Assembly: GCA_963747245.1 (NCBI GenBank)
Contig: CAVVEO010000004.1
Coordinates: 17,876 to 81,875, forward strand
DNA: 64,000 bases
Source of the DNA: an uncultured Acidobacteriota bacterium
Lineage (GTDB): Bacteria > Acidobacteriota > Thermoanaerobaculia > Thermoanaerobaculales > Thermoanaerobaculaceae
Direction of reading: 5' to 3'
Shown here: one piece after another, positions 54,261 through 64,000 of the stretch
How the letters are laid out: each line of letters begins with the position of its first letter
Position numbering within the stretch: the stretch's first letter is position 1
Notes under the pieces: model-generated
The model's database searches: none
Seen by the model: only the letters and a program-made list of their open reading frames with translations
What the model was told of the DNA's origin: nothing
Translations under genes and position numbers: made by a program

Positions 54261-55373
54261 ATGCCTCACGATCCGTCCTCGGGAGGAGATGCGACCGGCG
54301 GGTTGGCCGACCGCATGCGGGAGGAACTCGACTCGGTGATCGGCGGCGTGCTGGCCGGGCGGCCCGAGGTCGCACTGGCCACCTTCCCAAACCACCCGAA
54401 CCTCGGCGACACCGCGATCTGGGCGGGTCAGCGGGCGGCGCTCGCCCGCCTCGACGTCGGCGTCCCATACGTCTGCGACTTCCGCACCTATCGGCCTGCC
54501 GCCCTGCTCCGCGCGCTGCCCGAGGGCCCGATCCTGCTCAGCGGCGGAGGCAACTTCGGGGACGTCTACCCAGACGAGCAGGGGTTGCGGGAACGCATCC
54601 TCGACGACTTTCCCGACCGGCCCGTCGTCCAGCTCCCCCAGAGCGTGTGGTTCCGTTCCGAGGCGGCGCTCGATGCCATGCGCCGCCGGTGCGAGAGAAG
54701 CGGGCGGTTCGTCATGCTCGTGAGGGACCGCCGGAGTCTCGACCTCGCGCGGGCGCGGTTCGCCGTCGACGTGCGCCTCGCGCCCGACATGGCGTTCGGC
54801 TTGCCGGATCTCCGCCTGCGACGGCAGCCGCCGGCCATCGACGTGCTCTGGCTGCTGCGCAGGGATATTGAGGCGAGCGTGCGTGGGATGCGGCGCGAAG
54901 CCGCGCGCCAGGCGCCGGGCGCGGTGCGCGACTGGACCAGGCCCGCCTTCGGCCGCGGCGGCGTCCCCTGGGCCTCGTTCGCGCGAGCTTTCTGGTTGTC
55001 AGGGCGGCTGCAACGGACGCCCAGGGGACTGCTGCGCAGCCGCCAGGCATGGGTCAAGCGCTCGTTCGAGACCATCGTGAGCCTTCGGATGGAGATCGCG
55101 TGCCGGTTCATTTCTGGGGGGCGGGCCCTGGTGACGGACCGCCTCCACGGGCACATCCTTGCGCTGCTGCTGGGGGTCCCGAACGTCTGCCTCGACAACC
55201 GCGACGGCAAGGTGCGCCACTTCTACGAGACGTGGACCGCCGGCCACGCCCTCGTCCGCTGGGCCGACTCCGTGCCGGACGCCCGCGCGCTGGCCCGCGA
55301 GCTGCTCGCCGGCCCGTCGCCGAGGGCTGACGCCGGACCCGGTCCGTCGCTTCCGGGCCGCCCCGCGGGTTGA
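54261..55373 (+). CDS. Polysaccharide pyruvyl transferase family protein
   Basis: 370 aa: NLGDTAIW.G, LSGGGNFGD, and VTDRLHGHILALLLGVP, typical of CsaB/WcaK/EpsO-type enzymes. Confidence 0.8.
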   Translation: MPHDPSSGGDATGGLADRMREELDSVIGGVLAGRPEVALATFPNHPNLGDTAIWAGQRAALARLDVGVPYVCDFRTYRPAALLRALPEGPILLSGGGNFGDVYPDEQGLRERILDDFPDRPVVQLPQSVWFRSEAALDAMRRRCERSGRFVMLVRDRRSLDLARARFAVDVRLAPDMAFGLPDLRLRRQPPAIDVLWLLRRDIEASVRGMRREAARQAPGAVRDWTRPAFGRGGVPWASFARAFWLSGRLQRTPRGLLRSRQAWVKRSFETIVSLRMEIACRFISGGRALVTDRLHGHILALLLGVPNVCLDNRDGKVRHFYETWTAGHALVRWADSVPDARALARELLAGPSPRADAGPGPSLPGRPAG

Positions 55374-56068
55374 CCGGCGGGCGGGGCTCACCGATAGTAG
55401 CCGCCATGCCTGGGGAAGATGGTCCGTTCTCGGCCCCTGATCAGCGGGGCGCTTCGCCATCGCCGGAGCGTTGCTTCCGGCTCTCCGAAGAGCTGGAGGA
55501 CGTGCTCCGCCTCGCCTCCGGAGAGACCGTCCCGGTAAGGGTGCTGGTCGAGCACCTCAGCGGCCGCGGCACGGCCCTGCTCGCGCTCTTCCTCGTCCTT
55601 CCGTTCCTGCAGCCGATCCCGCTGCCGGGTTTGTCCACGCCGTTCGGGATCGCGGTCGTGCTGCTCGGCGCGGCGATGGCGCTCGGGCGGCCGCTCTGGC
55701 TGCCGAAACGTTGGCTCGACCACGAGCTCCGCTCCGCCCTCGTGATCCGCATCGGCGGCGGCGGTCAACGACTCCTGAAGAAGGTCGAACGTTTCATCAA
55801 GCCGCGCGGTCTCTGGTTTCATCGTCACCGCTGGGCTCACGCCATCGCCGGCGTCGTCATCGCGGTCTCCGGCGCCGAGCTCGCGCTTCCGCTGCCGATC
55901 GTGTTCACGAACACGCTGCCCGCGCTCACGATCGCGGCGACCGCCGTCGGGTTGCTCGAGGAGGACGCCGTCCTTGCGATCATCGGGCAGGCGCTCTTCC
56001 TCGTCGGGCTGGTCGTCTTCGGCGGCATCCTCGTCCTCCCCTTCCTCGGCCTGCACCTGATCTTCTAG
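55370..56068 (+). CDS. exoD: ExoD-family exopolysaccharide synthesis membrane protein
   Basis: 232 aa: ..LSGRGTALLALFLVLPFLQPIPLPGLSTPFG.. and further TM helices. The start is uncertain: TTG at 55370 overlapping the upstream stop, or ATG at 55406. Confidence 0.75.
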   Translation: MTGGRGSPIVAAMPGEDGPFSAPDQRGASPSPERCFRLSEELEDVLRLASGETVPVRVLVEHLSGRGTALLALFLVLPFLQPIPLPGLSTPFGIAVVLLGAAMALGRPLWLPKRWLDHELRSALVIRIGGGGQRLLKKVERFIKPRGLWFHRHRWAHAIAGVVIAVSGAELALPLPIVFTNTLPALTIAATAVGLLEEDAVLAIIGQALFLVGLVVFGGILVLPFLGLHLIF

Positions 56069-56078
56069 CGAGCCTTCC

Positions 56079-56198
56079 GTCATGCCCGCGAGCGCGGGAA
56101 AGGACGGTCGCCGTTCCCGCGAACGCGGGAACCCAGGTCTCTGTCTCTTGCCCTTGCCAGCAAGGGGACTGGATCCCCGCTTTCGCGGGGATGACGAC
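56079..56198. repeat. Cluster of three REP/BIME-like GC-rich palindromic units (two forward, one inverted) plus an extra hairpin
   Basis: GTCATGCCCGCGAGCGCGGGAA (56079-56100), GTTCCCGCGAACGCGGGAAC (56113-56132) and ATCCCCGCTTTCGCGGGGATGAC (56173-56195, opposite orientation). Hairpin CCCTTG-CCAG-CAAGGG at 56151-56166. Shadow translations give the typical PAFAG / RFRGDD peptides seen for this kind of repeat. Confidence 0.6.
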
Positions 56199-56244
56199 GC
56201 CGGTGTGCGTCGTGTCCGGGGCCAATGGCCCGTTGCCCCGTTCG

Positions 56245-56275
56245 CAAAAGGAAAAGGCGGGGATCGCTCCCCGCC
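56245..56275 (-). terminator. Rho-independent terminator of groESL
   Basis: The minus strand reads GGCGGGGA-GCGA-TCCCCGCC followed by TTTTCCTTTTG, 56 nt after the groEL stop. Confidence 0.75.
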
Positions 56276-56330
56276 CTTCGAACCTCGTCGTGTCCGGACC
56301 CCGGTGCCCGGGGCCCGGACCCCTGTCGCT

Positions 56331-57989
<1,659 letters not shown>

Positions 57990-58280
57990 TTACTTTTCCA
58001 GCACGCCGAGGATCTCGTCCTCGCGCGCGATCAGGTACTCCTGGTCGTCGATCTTGATGTCCGAGCCCGAATACTTGCCCACCAGGACCCGATCACCCTT
58101 CTTGACGTCGATCGGCATCCGCTTGCCGTTGTCGTCGAGCTTGCCGGGGCCGACGGCGATCACCTCGGCCTCCTGCGGCTTTTCCTTGGCGGTGTCGGGG
58201 ATGATGATCCCGCCCTTCACCACTTCTTTCTCTTCCAGGCGGCGGAGGAGAACCCGATCATGGAGTGGACGAACGTTCAT
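57990..58280 (-). CDS. groS: Co-chaperonin GroES
   Basis: 96 aa: [38 protein letters not shown]. Confidence 0.98.
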   Translation of the reverse strand: MNVRPLHDRVLLRRLEEKEVVKGGIIIPDTAKEKPQEAEVIAVGPGKLDDNGKRMPIDVKKGDRVLVGKYSGSDIKIDDQEYLIAREDEILGVLEK

Positions 58281-58332
58281 ATGTTTAACCCTCCCTCTTT
58301 CTTATGTTTACGTTTTCTCGTCGGGGTGCGGA

Positions 58333-58359
58333 CTGGCACTCGCCATACGAGACTGCTAA
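58333..58359 (-). promoter_or_regulatory. CIRCE operator (HrcA binding site) in the groESL leader
   Basis: The minus strand reads TTAGCAGTC-N9-GAGTGCCAG against the consensus TTAGCACTC-N9-GAGTGCTAA (3 mismatches), immediately downstream of the -10 box. Confidence 0.8.
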
Positions 58360-58360
58360 C

Positions 58361-58389
58361 ACTTTAGGACCTGCGTCCCGGGTTGTCAA
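58361..58389 (-). promoter_or_regulatory. sigma70-type promoter of groESL (TTGACA-N17-TAAAGT)
   Basis: The minus strand reads a perfect TTGACA (58389-58384), a 17-nt spacer, then TAAAGT (58366-58361), directly followed by CIRCE. This is the classic promoter-CIRCE arrangement. Confidence 0.6.
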
Positions 58390-58507
58390 GTGGCCCCACG
58401 GACTCGGCCTCCCAGACCGGCCGCGCGCCGTCGTAAGAGGTGACAGGGCAAAGGGAAAGGGCCAATGACGAGGCCGTGGCGCGGCGCCATGACGTCGCCC
58501 CCCACCA

Positions 58508-58536
58508 TTGCAGGAAGGCCGTCGGCGCGCTATACT
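58508..58536 (+). promoter_or_regulatory. Candidate promoter upstream of the ECF sigma gene (TTGCAG-N17-TATACT)
   Basis: Read from the sequence, in a locally AT-richer stretch 25 nt before the longest ORF start. Confidence 0.35.
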
Positions 58537-58560
58537 TGAAGCACTGCAAATAGCAAGGAG

Positions 58561-59229
58561 TTGCAGGTACTTAGCGGTGGCTGGCGCGATTTTGCGACTG
58601 GTGGAACCCAGAGGCGGTCCGTGGCCGACGCAAATTCTCCTCCTTCCTCTCAGGCCGTCCCCCCTCGGGAGACGGAAAGCACTGCAGCGCTGCTCGAGTT
58701 GATCCGGGCAGGTGACCCCGCCGCAACCGACCGCCTCGTCAGGCGGTGCCTGCCCGCCCTCCGACGATGGGCGCACGGTCGCCTTCCGGTCCGGGCGCGA
58801 GGCATGGTCGACACCGATGACCTCGTGCAGGTGGCCGTGCTGCGAGCTTTGAACAAGGTGGGACGCTTCGAACCGCGCCGGGAAGGCGCCTTCCTCGCGT
58901 ACCTGCGCCGCATCCTGTTGAACGCGGTGCGTGACGAGATCCGCCGGGTGGCCAGGAGGCCGGGGACGGAGGAAATGTCCGAGGACCTGGCCGACCACGC
59001 TCCCCCTGCGGTCGAGCTGGCGATCGGACGCGAGGCGATGCAGGCGTACGAAGCGGCGCTCGCCGAACTGAGCGATGCGCAGCAGGAAGCCGTGATCCTG
59101 CGGGTCGAGTTCGGCTATACGTTCTCGGAGATCGCGGAGGCCACCGGCAGTCCGTCCGCGAACGCCGCCCGCATGACCGTCGCAAGGGCCCTGGTGCGGC
59201 TCGGGGAGGCGATGGATGTCCGGCGATAG
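58561..59229 (+). CDS. ECF-type RNA polymerase sigma factor (kinase-associated type)
   Basis: Sigma70 region 2 (DTDDLVQVAVLRAL..F...R.GAFLAYLRRILLNAVRDE) and region 4 (LSDAQQEAVILRVEFGYTFSEIAEATGSPSANAARMTVARAL). The start is uncertain: TTG at 58561, or GTG at 58621 with GAGG upstream. The 3' end overlaps the kinase gene. Confidence 0.85.
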   Translation: MQVLSGGWRDFATGGTQRRSVADANSPPSSQAVPPRETESTAALLELIRAGDPAATDRLVRRCLPALRRWAHGRLPVRARGMVDTDDLVQVAVLRALNKVGRFEPRREGAFLAYLRRILLNAVRDEIRRVARRPGTEEMSEDLADHAPPAVELAIGREAMQAYEAALAELSDAQQEAVILRVEFGYTFSEIAEATGSPSANAARMTVARALVRLGEAMDVRR

Positions 59230-61852
59230 CGACGACATCCTGCGGATGGCCGAGGCGATCGCCGACGAGACCCCGGTGGACTGGGACTCGTGCGCCGCGA
59301 TCACCCCCGAGGACAAGCTCCGGCTCGAACACCTCAAGGTCGTCGAGGCGGTCGCCGCCGCGTACCGATCCTTGCACAGCTCGGACCCGGGCAGTGAGGA
59401 CTCATCCCCCTCAGGGGCGCGGCACAGGCCGGCGCCGGGGCGCGTGCTGTTCGAGTGGGGGCACCTCAAGGTCCTCGAGAAGCTCGGCGACGGGAGCTTC
59501 GGTGAGGTGTTCCGGGCCTACGACCCTCTCCTCGACCGGGAGGTCGCGCTCAAGCTCTGGCGGGCCGAGCAGGCCGCGCCGGCCGCAACCCGTCGCCACT
59601 TCGTCCAGGAGGCGCGCCGCCTCGCACGGGTGCGCCACCCCAACGTCATCGTCGTCCACGGGGCCGACGTCCACGACAGCCGCGTTGGGCTGTGGACCGA
59701 CCTCGTAACCGGAAACACGCTGGAACAGTGGCTCGCGCAGGAGGGGCCGCTGAGCGCCGAGGAGACGACCCTGATCGGCCTCGACCTGTGCCGGGCGCTG
59801 GCTGCCGTCCATGCGGCCGGTCTCGTCCACGGCGACGTCAAGACGACGAACGTCATGCGCGAGCGGGGCGGGCGGATCGTTCTGATGGACTTTGGCGCCG
59901 GCATCGAGATCGCCCAGGGACACCTCGAGGACGCCGCGGCGGGAACCCTCGGGACACCCATCGCGATGGCGCCCGAGCTGTTGCGCGGGGAACCGCCGAG
60001 CCCGGCGTCCGACATCTACTCCCTTGGCGTCCTGCTGTACCGGCTGGTCAGCGGACGGTACCCCGTCGAGGCAGCCACCCTGCAAGAGCTTCAGGAGAGG
60101 CACAGGCAGGGGGCGCTCTCCCCGCTGCGCGACGTCCGCCCCGACCTGCCCGCCGACATCGCCGCCGTCGTCGCGCGTGCGTTGGCGCTGGCGCCTTGCG
60201 ACCGCTACCCGAGCGCCGGCGCGATGGAGCACGCCCTGCTGAACTGGCTTGCCCCCGGGCGCAGCGCGAACGCCGAGGCGCGAGCCCCTGGGGCGGCCCA
60301 TCGCGGACGGAGCGGAGCCGCGGCACGGCGTCCGCTCGCTTGCTGGCGTGGCGCCGGGCCCCGCTGGAGAGTTGCCGCCGCCTGTGCGCTCCTCGCTGCG
60401 ACCGTCGCCACCACCCTCGCTGTTCTGGGACTCCGCGGCGGTCGTGAGCGCCAGGCTCTCCGGCCGGCCCAGGTGCGCTCCCTGGCCGTGCTCCCCTTCC
60501 AGGTGTTGGACCGGGAGGGCCAGAACGACTACCTGGGGCTCGGAATGGCGGACGCCCTCATCAACCGCCTGAGCCACCTGCCCGGGATCGTCGTCAGGCC
60601 GAGCAGCGCCGTGCTCCGGTACGCCGAGGCGCGCCCCGATCTCCAGGACGTCGGCCGCAGCCTCGGGGTGGAGGCGTTGCTGGATGGCCGGATCCAGCGC
60701 TCCGGCGACCGGGTCCGCGTCACGGCGCAACTCGTCAGCACCGAGGGGGGCGCGCCGATCTGGGCGGCGACGTTCGACCGGAAGGCGGCCAACATCTTCG
60801 AGCTCGAGGACTCGATCTCCGAGCAACTGGCGCGCGCGCTGCGCATCCGGCTCACCGAAGCGGAGCGGGTCAACCTCGTGTGGCGCCCCGCCACGAAAGC
60901 CGAGGCGTACCAGGCGTACGTGAAGGGCCGCTACTTCTGGAACAAGTGGACGCCGGCGGCGGTCCGGAAGAGCATCGAGTTCCTGGAGCAGGCGGTTCGC
61001 TCCGACTCTTCCTTCGCGCTCGCGCACGCGGGTCTCGCTGACTCGTACACGGTCCTCGCGGGGCTCGAGCCGGGGCCGGCCGCTCCGGTCGAGGCATACG
61101 CGCGCGCGCAGGCCGCCGCGATGCGGGCCCTGGAACTGGACGCCAACCTCGCCGACGCCCACGCCGCCCTCGGGGCCGTCCGCATGCACCATGATTGGGA
61201 CTGGCCGGCCGCCGAGGCCGAGTTCGGCAAAGCCATCGAGCTGAACGCCGGGTGCCTCACGGCCCACCTCTGGTACGCCGAGTTGCTCTCCCAGCTCGGC
61301 CGTCACGATGAGGCGATCGCCGAGATCGGACGCGCCCTCCAGATCGATCCCCTCTCCCTGGCGGCCAACGCCATGGCGGGCGGAATCTACCTCGAGGCCG
61401 GCCGTGGGGACGAAGCCGTCCAGCAACTCGCCCGAACGCTCGAGATCGAGCCGGCGTTCCACCTCGCCTACACCTTCCTGGCGTCGGCCTATGAGAGACA
61501 GGGCAACAGCGATGAGGTCGTCTCGAACTGGCAGAACGCGATGGTGCTCGGGGGGGCTCCCCAAGAGGAAGCTGCGGCGCTAGGACGCGCGTACCAGGCC
61601 GGGGGCATCGCGGCGGCCTGGCGCTGGCGGCTCGACCGCATGCGGGATAGCGCGGCGCGTGAGTATGTCCCGCCGGCCCTGATGGCGCGGGCCCACGCGG
61701 CCCTCGGTGAGACACGCGAGGCGTTTGCCTGGCTCGACAGGGCCCTCTCGGCTCACGACGAGTTCCTCCTGCGGGTCAAGGGCGAGCCGGCGTTCGACGG
61801 CCTGCGTTCGGACCGGCGTTTCGTCGCGATGCTGCAGCGGCTCGGTCCCTGA
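59216..61852 (+). CDS. Ser/Thr protein kinase with TM helix, TolB-N-like domain and TPR repeats
   Basis: 878 aa. Kinase subdomains (LGDGSFGEVF, VALKL, HGDVKTTNV, DFG, APE). A TM segment (WRVAAACALLAATVATTLAVL). LAVLPFQ..DYLGLGMADALI (TolB-like). C-terminal TPR-like repeats. Confidence 0.92.
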   Translation: MSGDSDDILRMAEAIADETPVDWDSCAAITPEDKLRLEHLKVVEAVAAAYRSLHSSDPGSEDSSPSGARHRPAPGRVLFEWGHLKVLEKLGDGSFGEVFRAYDPLLDREVALKLWRAEQAAPAATRRHFVQEARRLARVRHPNVIVVHGADVHDSRVGLWTDLVTGNTLEQWLAQEGPLSAEETTLIGLDLCRALAAVHAAGLVHGDVKTTNVMRERGGRIVLMDFGAGIEIAQGHLEDAAAGTLGTPIAMAPELLRGEPPSPASDIYSLGVLLYRLVSGRYPVEAATLQELQERHRQGALSPLRDVRPDLPADIAAVVARALALAPCDRYPSAGAMEHALLNWLAPGRSANAEARAPGAAHRGRSGAAARRPLACWRGAGPRWRVAAACALLAATVATTLAVLGLRGGRERQALRPAQVRSLAVLPFQVLDREGQNDYLGLGMADALINRLSHLPGIVVRPSSAVLRYAEARPDLQDVGRSLGVEALLDGRIQRSGDRVRVTAQLVSTEGGAPIWAATFDRKAANIFELEDSISEQLARALRIRLTEAERVNLVWRPATKAEAYQAYVKGRYFWNKWTPAAVRKSIEFLEQAVRSDSSFALAHAGLADSYTVLAGLEPGPAAPVEAYARAQAAAMRALELDANLADAHAALGAVRMHHDWDWPAAEAEFGKAIELNAGCLTAHLWYAELLSQLGRHDEAIAEIGRALQIDPLSLAANAMAGGIYLEAGRGDEAVQQLARTLEIEPAFHLAYTFLASAYERQGNSDEVVSNWQNAMVLGGAPQEEAAALGRAYQAGGIAAAWRWRLDRMRDSAAREYVPPALMARAHAALGETREAFAWLDRALSAHDEFLLRVKGEPAFDGLRSDRRFVAMLQRLGP

Positions 61853-62313
61853 GAGGTCGTCTCCAGGGCAGGATCGCGCCGTCCCGCATCTCCCGATCCG
61901 CCGGCGGCGGCGTGGACGGTGAGGGAGGCGGCTGCCGGGCCTGTCGCAGAGGAGGGACAGGCATGAGAACGCGGGCTCCGGCCGTCGCCTCGACCGTCGC
62001 CCACCGACTCGGAAGAGTTCCATTGCCTGCCGTTCCTTCCCCGCTCCTGACCGATCGGGTGCAACCCCAGCCGCGCGACACCACGGACGCCGCTTCTCCC
62101 GGCCATTCGCCCCTCGTCTGCCCAGCGGCCGCGGCGTCCGAAGCCGCATGCCGCCACGGCGGCCGTGCGCCGTGCGGTTTCGCGGCGAGCCGGCGTTGTC
62201 ACGGATGAAGGCCATGAGGTGGCCTTCGGAGACGCCGCGCGAGCGCTCCGGCTCGCCGTCTCGTCCGCCGGACCACGCCCGCGAGGTCGGGCTGACGCCG
62301 AAGGAGGTCTGAG

Positions 62314-62829
62314 ATGGAGCTCAGGAGAGGGAGATTGGGTGTGGCCGCGGGGGTTGCCCTCGCAGCCGCTGCGACGGCGATCGCCGGGGTCGTCGTCGAG
62401 GAGAAGCCGGTTTCCCTTGTGACCAACAACCTCGTCATGCATGCCGGCAGGCCGTTCGTGCGCCTGACCGATCTGGCAAGGGCGCTCGGCGGAAACGGGA
62501 GGTGGGACCCGGCCCGGCTGAAGTACGAGATCCAACCCGGCCCCGTCGGTGTGCTCCAGTTCAACCCTGGGGCGCTGGGGCCGCTCGCCGTCCGCGGCAC
62601 CCCCCGGCTCGCGGGTCAGGCCGCCGGCCGGAACTCCTTCGAGCTCGGGATCGGCGGTCAGGACGTCATGATCGGGGATGAGGAACACGTGCTCTTGCCG
62701 CCGGCTGACCCGGCGGTGGCCTTGAACTTCCTCGCCCGGTTGCTGGGCGGGCAGGCGAGGTTCGACTCCAGCAGGGGGGCCTGGGTGCTTCCACCGGGCG
62801 GCGCCGGCACCCCGTTGAGGTTCCGCTGA
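62314..62829 (+). CDS. Secreted/anchored hypothetical protein (weak similarity to copper-amine-oxidase-N 'stalk' domains)
   Basis: 171 aa with SD GAAGGAGG upstream and an N-terminal hydrophobic segment. The ..GRPFVRLTDLARALGGNGRWD.. pattern resembles stalk domains. Confidence 0.6.
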   Translation: MELRRGRLGVAAGVALAAAATAIAGVVVEEKPVSLVTNNLVMHAGRPFVRLTDLARALGGNGRWDPARLKYEIQPGPVGVLQFNPGALGPLAVRGTPRLAGQAAGRNSFELGIGGQDVMIGDEEHVLLPPADPAVALNFLARLLGGQARFDSSRGAWVLPPGGAGTPLRFR

Positions 62830-62938
62830 AACGGCGCGGCGACGGCTGGCCGGCCGACGCCGAGTGCGGCGGCGCAGTCGGTTTCACCAGCCTGTGAGGA
62901 CCGGACCCGATCGGGCCCGGCCGAAAGGGGGAACGTCG

Positions 62939-63475
62939 ATGGCCCGAACAAAGGCAACGCTCAGATCCACCGTCATCATCGCCGTTGCAGTGGCTCTCCT
63001 GGCGGGGGTCGCAGCACGGGGCCAGCACCTCACGGCGAGCCCGACCGCAACCCAGAAGGCGTCGTCGCCCGAGGCGCAGCCGCTCTACGGGCAGCTGGCC
63101 AACGGCGACTGGGTCATGGTCCACCGGGACCAGATGTTCTTCGTGGGCGCTGGTGGGGTCAGGAGCCTGTGTCCGGACGGTGACTACCGGCTGAAGAACG
63201 GCTCCCGCCTGCCGGTGCTGGCGGCGCACATCGTTCCGCCCTGGGTCAAGCAGGGGTTCAACCCGCAGCCCGAGCCCCCAGGGAAGGAACTTCGCGCCGT
63301 GACCGCCGGCGGCAGGCCGCTCGTCATCTCCGGAGGCCGGCTCTTCTTCGCCGGCGACGGCGGCCCGCAGACCCGCTGCCCCGACGGCGTCTACGCGCTC
63401 GCGGGTGGCGGGTCGGTGCGGATCATCGGGGGGAGGATTCAGAACGCCGCCCACCTCCAGGGGTTCGCCCCGTAA
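62939..63475 (+). CDS. Secreted hypothetical protein with an internal duplicated Cys-Pro-Asp-Gly module
   Basis: ORF 62864.. trimmed to MARTKATL.. (SD AAGGGGGA upstream). Has a signal peptide. Two related segments: FFVGAGGVRSLCPDGDYRLKNGSRLPV and FFAGDGGPQTRCPDGVYALAGGGSVRI. Confidence 0.6.
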   Translation: MARTKATLRSTVIIAVAVALLAGVAARGQHLTASPTATQKASSPEAQPLYGQLANGDWVMVHRDQMFFVGAGGVRSLCPDGDYRLKNGSRLPVLAAHIVPPWVKQGFNPQPEPPGKELRAVTAGGRPLVISGGRLFFAGDGGPQTRCPDGVYALAGGGSVRIIGGRIQNAAHLQGFAP

Positions 63476-63608
63476 ACGGTCGGCGCGGCCGCCGCACCGG
63501 CGCCAACCCAGGACGCCCGCGCCCCGATGGACGCGCCGAAGAGGCAGGCGGCTCGGCCACCGCGTTGGAGGTCTCTCGCCCCCGGGGCCAAGGGCGCCGG
63601 TCTGCGAC

Positions 63609-64000
63609 CTAGCCCTGTGCTCGCCCGCGATCGGCGCGCCTCGTCCCGAGACCGGTCCTGCCGGCCTCGACCATGATCGGGAAGGCGAGGATGAAGCGCG
63701 GCCAGACCAGCGGCACGCCCCGCGCTTCCAGGCGCCAGGAAACCGTCGGCGGGCCGCCGCTCGAGGGCTTGGCGTCGGCCGGGATGCGGAGCGTGAAGCG
63801 GCGCTCGAGGGGAGCCCTGCGGCCGATCGTCGTCGGGCCGATCTCGCCGACCACCTCGTCCGACAGGGTCGTCACGTCCGGGGAGCCTTCCCTGGCCGGT
63901 GTCTCCTCCCGACCCACCAGGCGCACTTGCAACGAGCGCAGGCGCAACGGCCCCGGCTGCAGAATTACAACGTCCACGGAGTCACCGGGCGCCACCGACC
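63609..64000 (-). CDS. Hypothetical protein, 5' end outside the window
   Basis: The frame is open to the window edge; the track shows it from a GTG at 63995. Protein-like composition with no recognisable motif. Confidence 0.45.
   Translation of the reverse strand, partial: SVAPGDSVDVVILQPGPLRLRSLQVRLVGREETPAREGSPDVTTLSDEVVGEIGPTTIGRRAPLERRFTLRIPADAKPSSGGPPTVSWRLEARGVPLVWPRFILAFPIMVEAGRTGLGTRRADRGRAQG

Noticed and set aside
56079-56198. CRISPR array, considered because of repeated GC-rich palindromes.
   Set aside because: There are only three short units, one of them inverted, with irregular spacing and no spacer-like unique segments of uniform length. No cas genes are in the window. This is consistent with REP/BIME elements.
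58364-58549. 61-aa ORF (minus strand) upstream of groES.
   Set aside because: It lies across the groESL promoter/-35 region and the ECF-gene promoter region, has no SD, and has odd composition. It is most likely non-coding.
61853-62313. ORFs in the 460-bp gap after the kinase gene (61912..62208 +, 61776..62084 -, 61580..62215 -).
   Set aside because: Their translations are Arg/Pro/Ala-rich with no start context or motifs. No tRNA-like or other recognisable RNA features were seen. I treat the gap as non-coding, though it is unusually long.

Overview
Very GC-rich, densely packed bacterial chromosomal segment; the G+C fraction was not computed. Many adjacent genes overlap by 4 nt (ATGA or GTGA). 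By eye I found no rRNA, tRNA, CRISPR array, transposase or integrase. About 58 CDS can be supported. Most other long ORFs in the track are Arg/Pro/Gly/Ala-rich shadow frames lying over real genes. Layout: (1) 0.3-3.3 kb: outer-membrane porin and an aldehyde dehydrogenase. (2) 3.8-10 kb, minus strand: a Bacillus-like hrcA-grpE-dnaK-dnaJ-prmA-rsmE operon. (3) 10-14 kb: a DUF2520 protein, then an MglA-like GTPase with a ~255-aa C-terminal extension, translationally coupled to an MltD-like lytic transglycosylase. (4) 14.4-17.2 kb: a non-canonical Nramp-related (NRMT-like) transporter, a soluble PRC/MgtE_N/CBS protein and a 36-aa hydrophobic peptide. (5) 17.6-23.3 kb: two inverted paralogous SDR-plus-helical-domain genes bracketing a response regulator and a Cache histidine kinase whose frame is broken at a homopolymer. 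(6) 23.4-47.8 kb: a hydrogen/electron-transfer island. It holds a HybOABCD-type [NiFe] hydrogenase, hdrCBA plus MvhD/Flx-like genes, rubrerythrin, hydG-aspA-like-hydF-hydE maturases, and a HydC/HydB/HydA [FeFe] hydrogenase. Its catalytic subunit reads TSCSPGW instead of TSCCPxW, and its NuoF-like subunit is minimal. (7) 47.9-56.1 kb: a glycan-modification cluster with GT2, AsnB, a Cys-less AsnB paralogue with an apparent CTG start, a QueC-like PP-loop protein, a pyruvyl transferase and ExoD. (8) REP-like palindromes, then groESL with a promoter, CIRCE operator and terminator. (9) An ECF sigma factor with an overlapping Ser/Thr kinase (TolB-like + TPR), followed by secreted hypotheticals. The taxon cannot be determined from the sequence alone. 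The gene content (MglA, ECF-STK pair, Hyb/Hdr/[FeFe] modules) fits an anaerobic or facultative Acidobacteriota- or Myxococcota-like organism. All family assignments rest on motif recognition by eye, not database searches.
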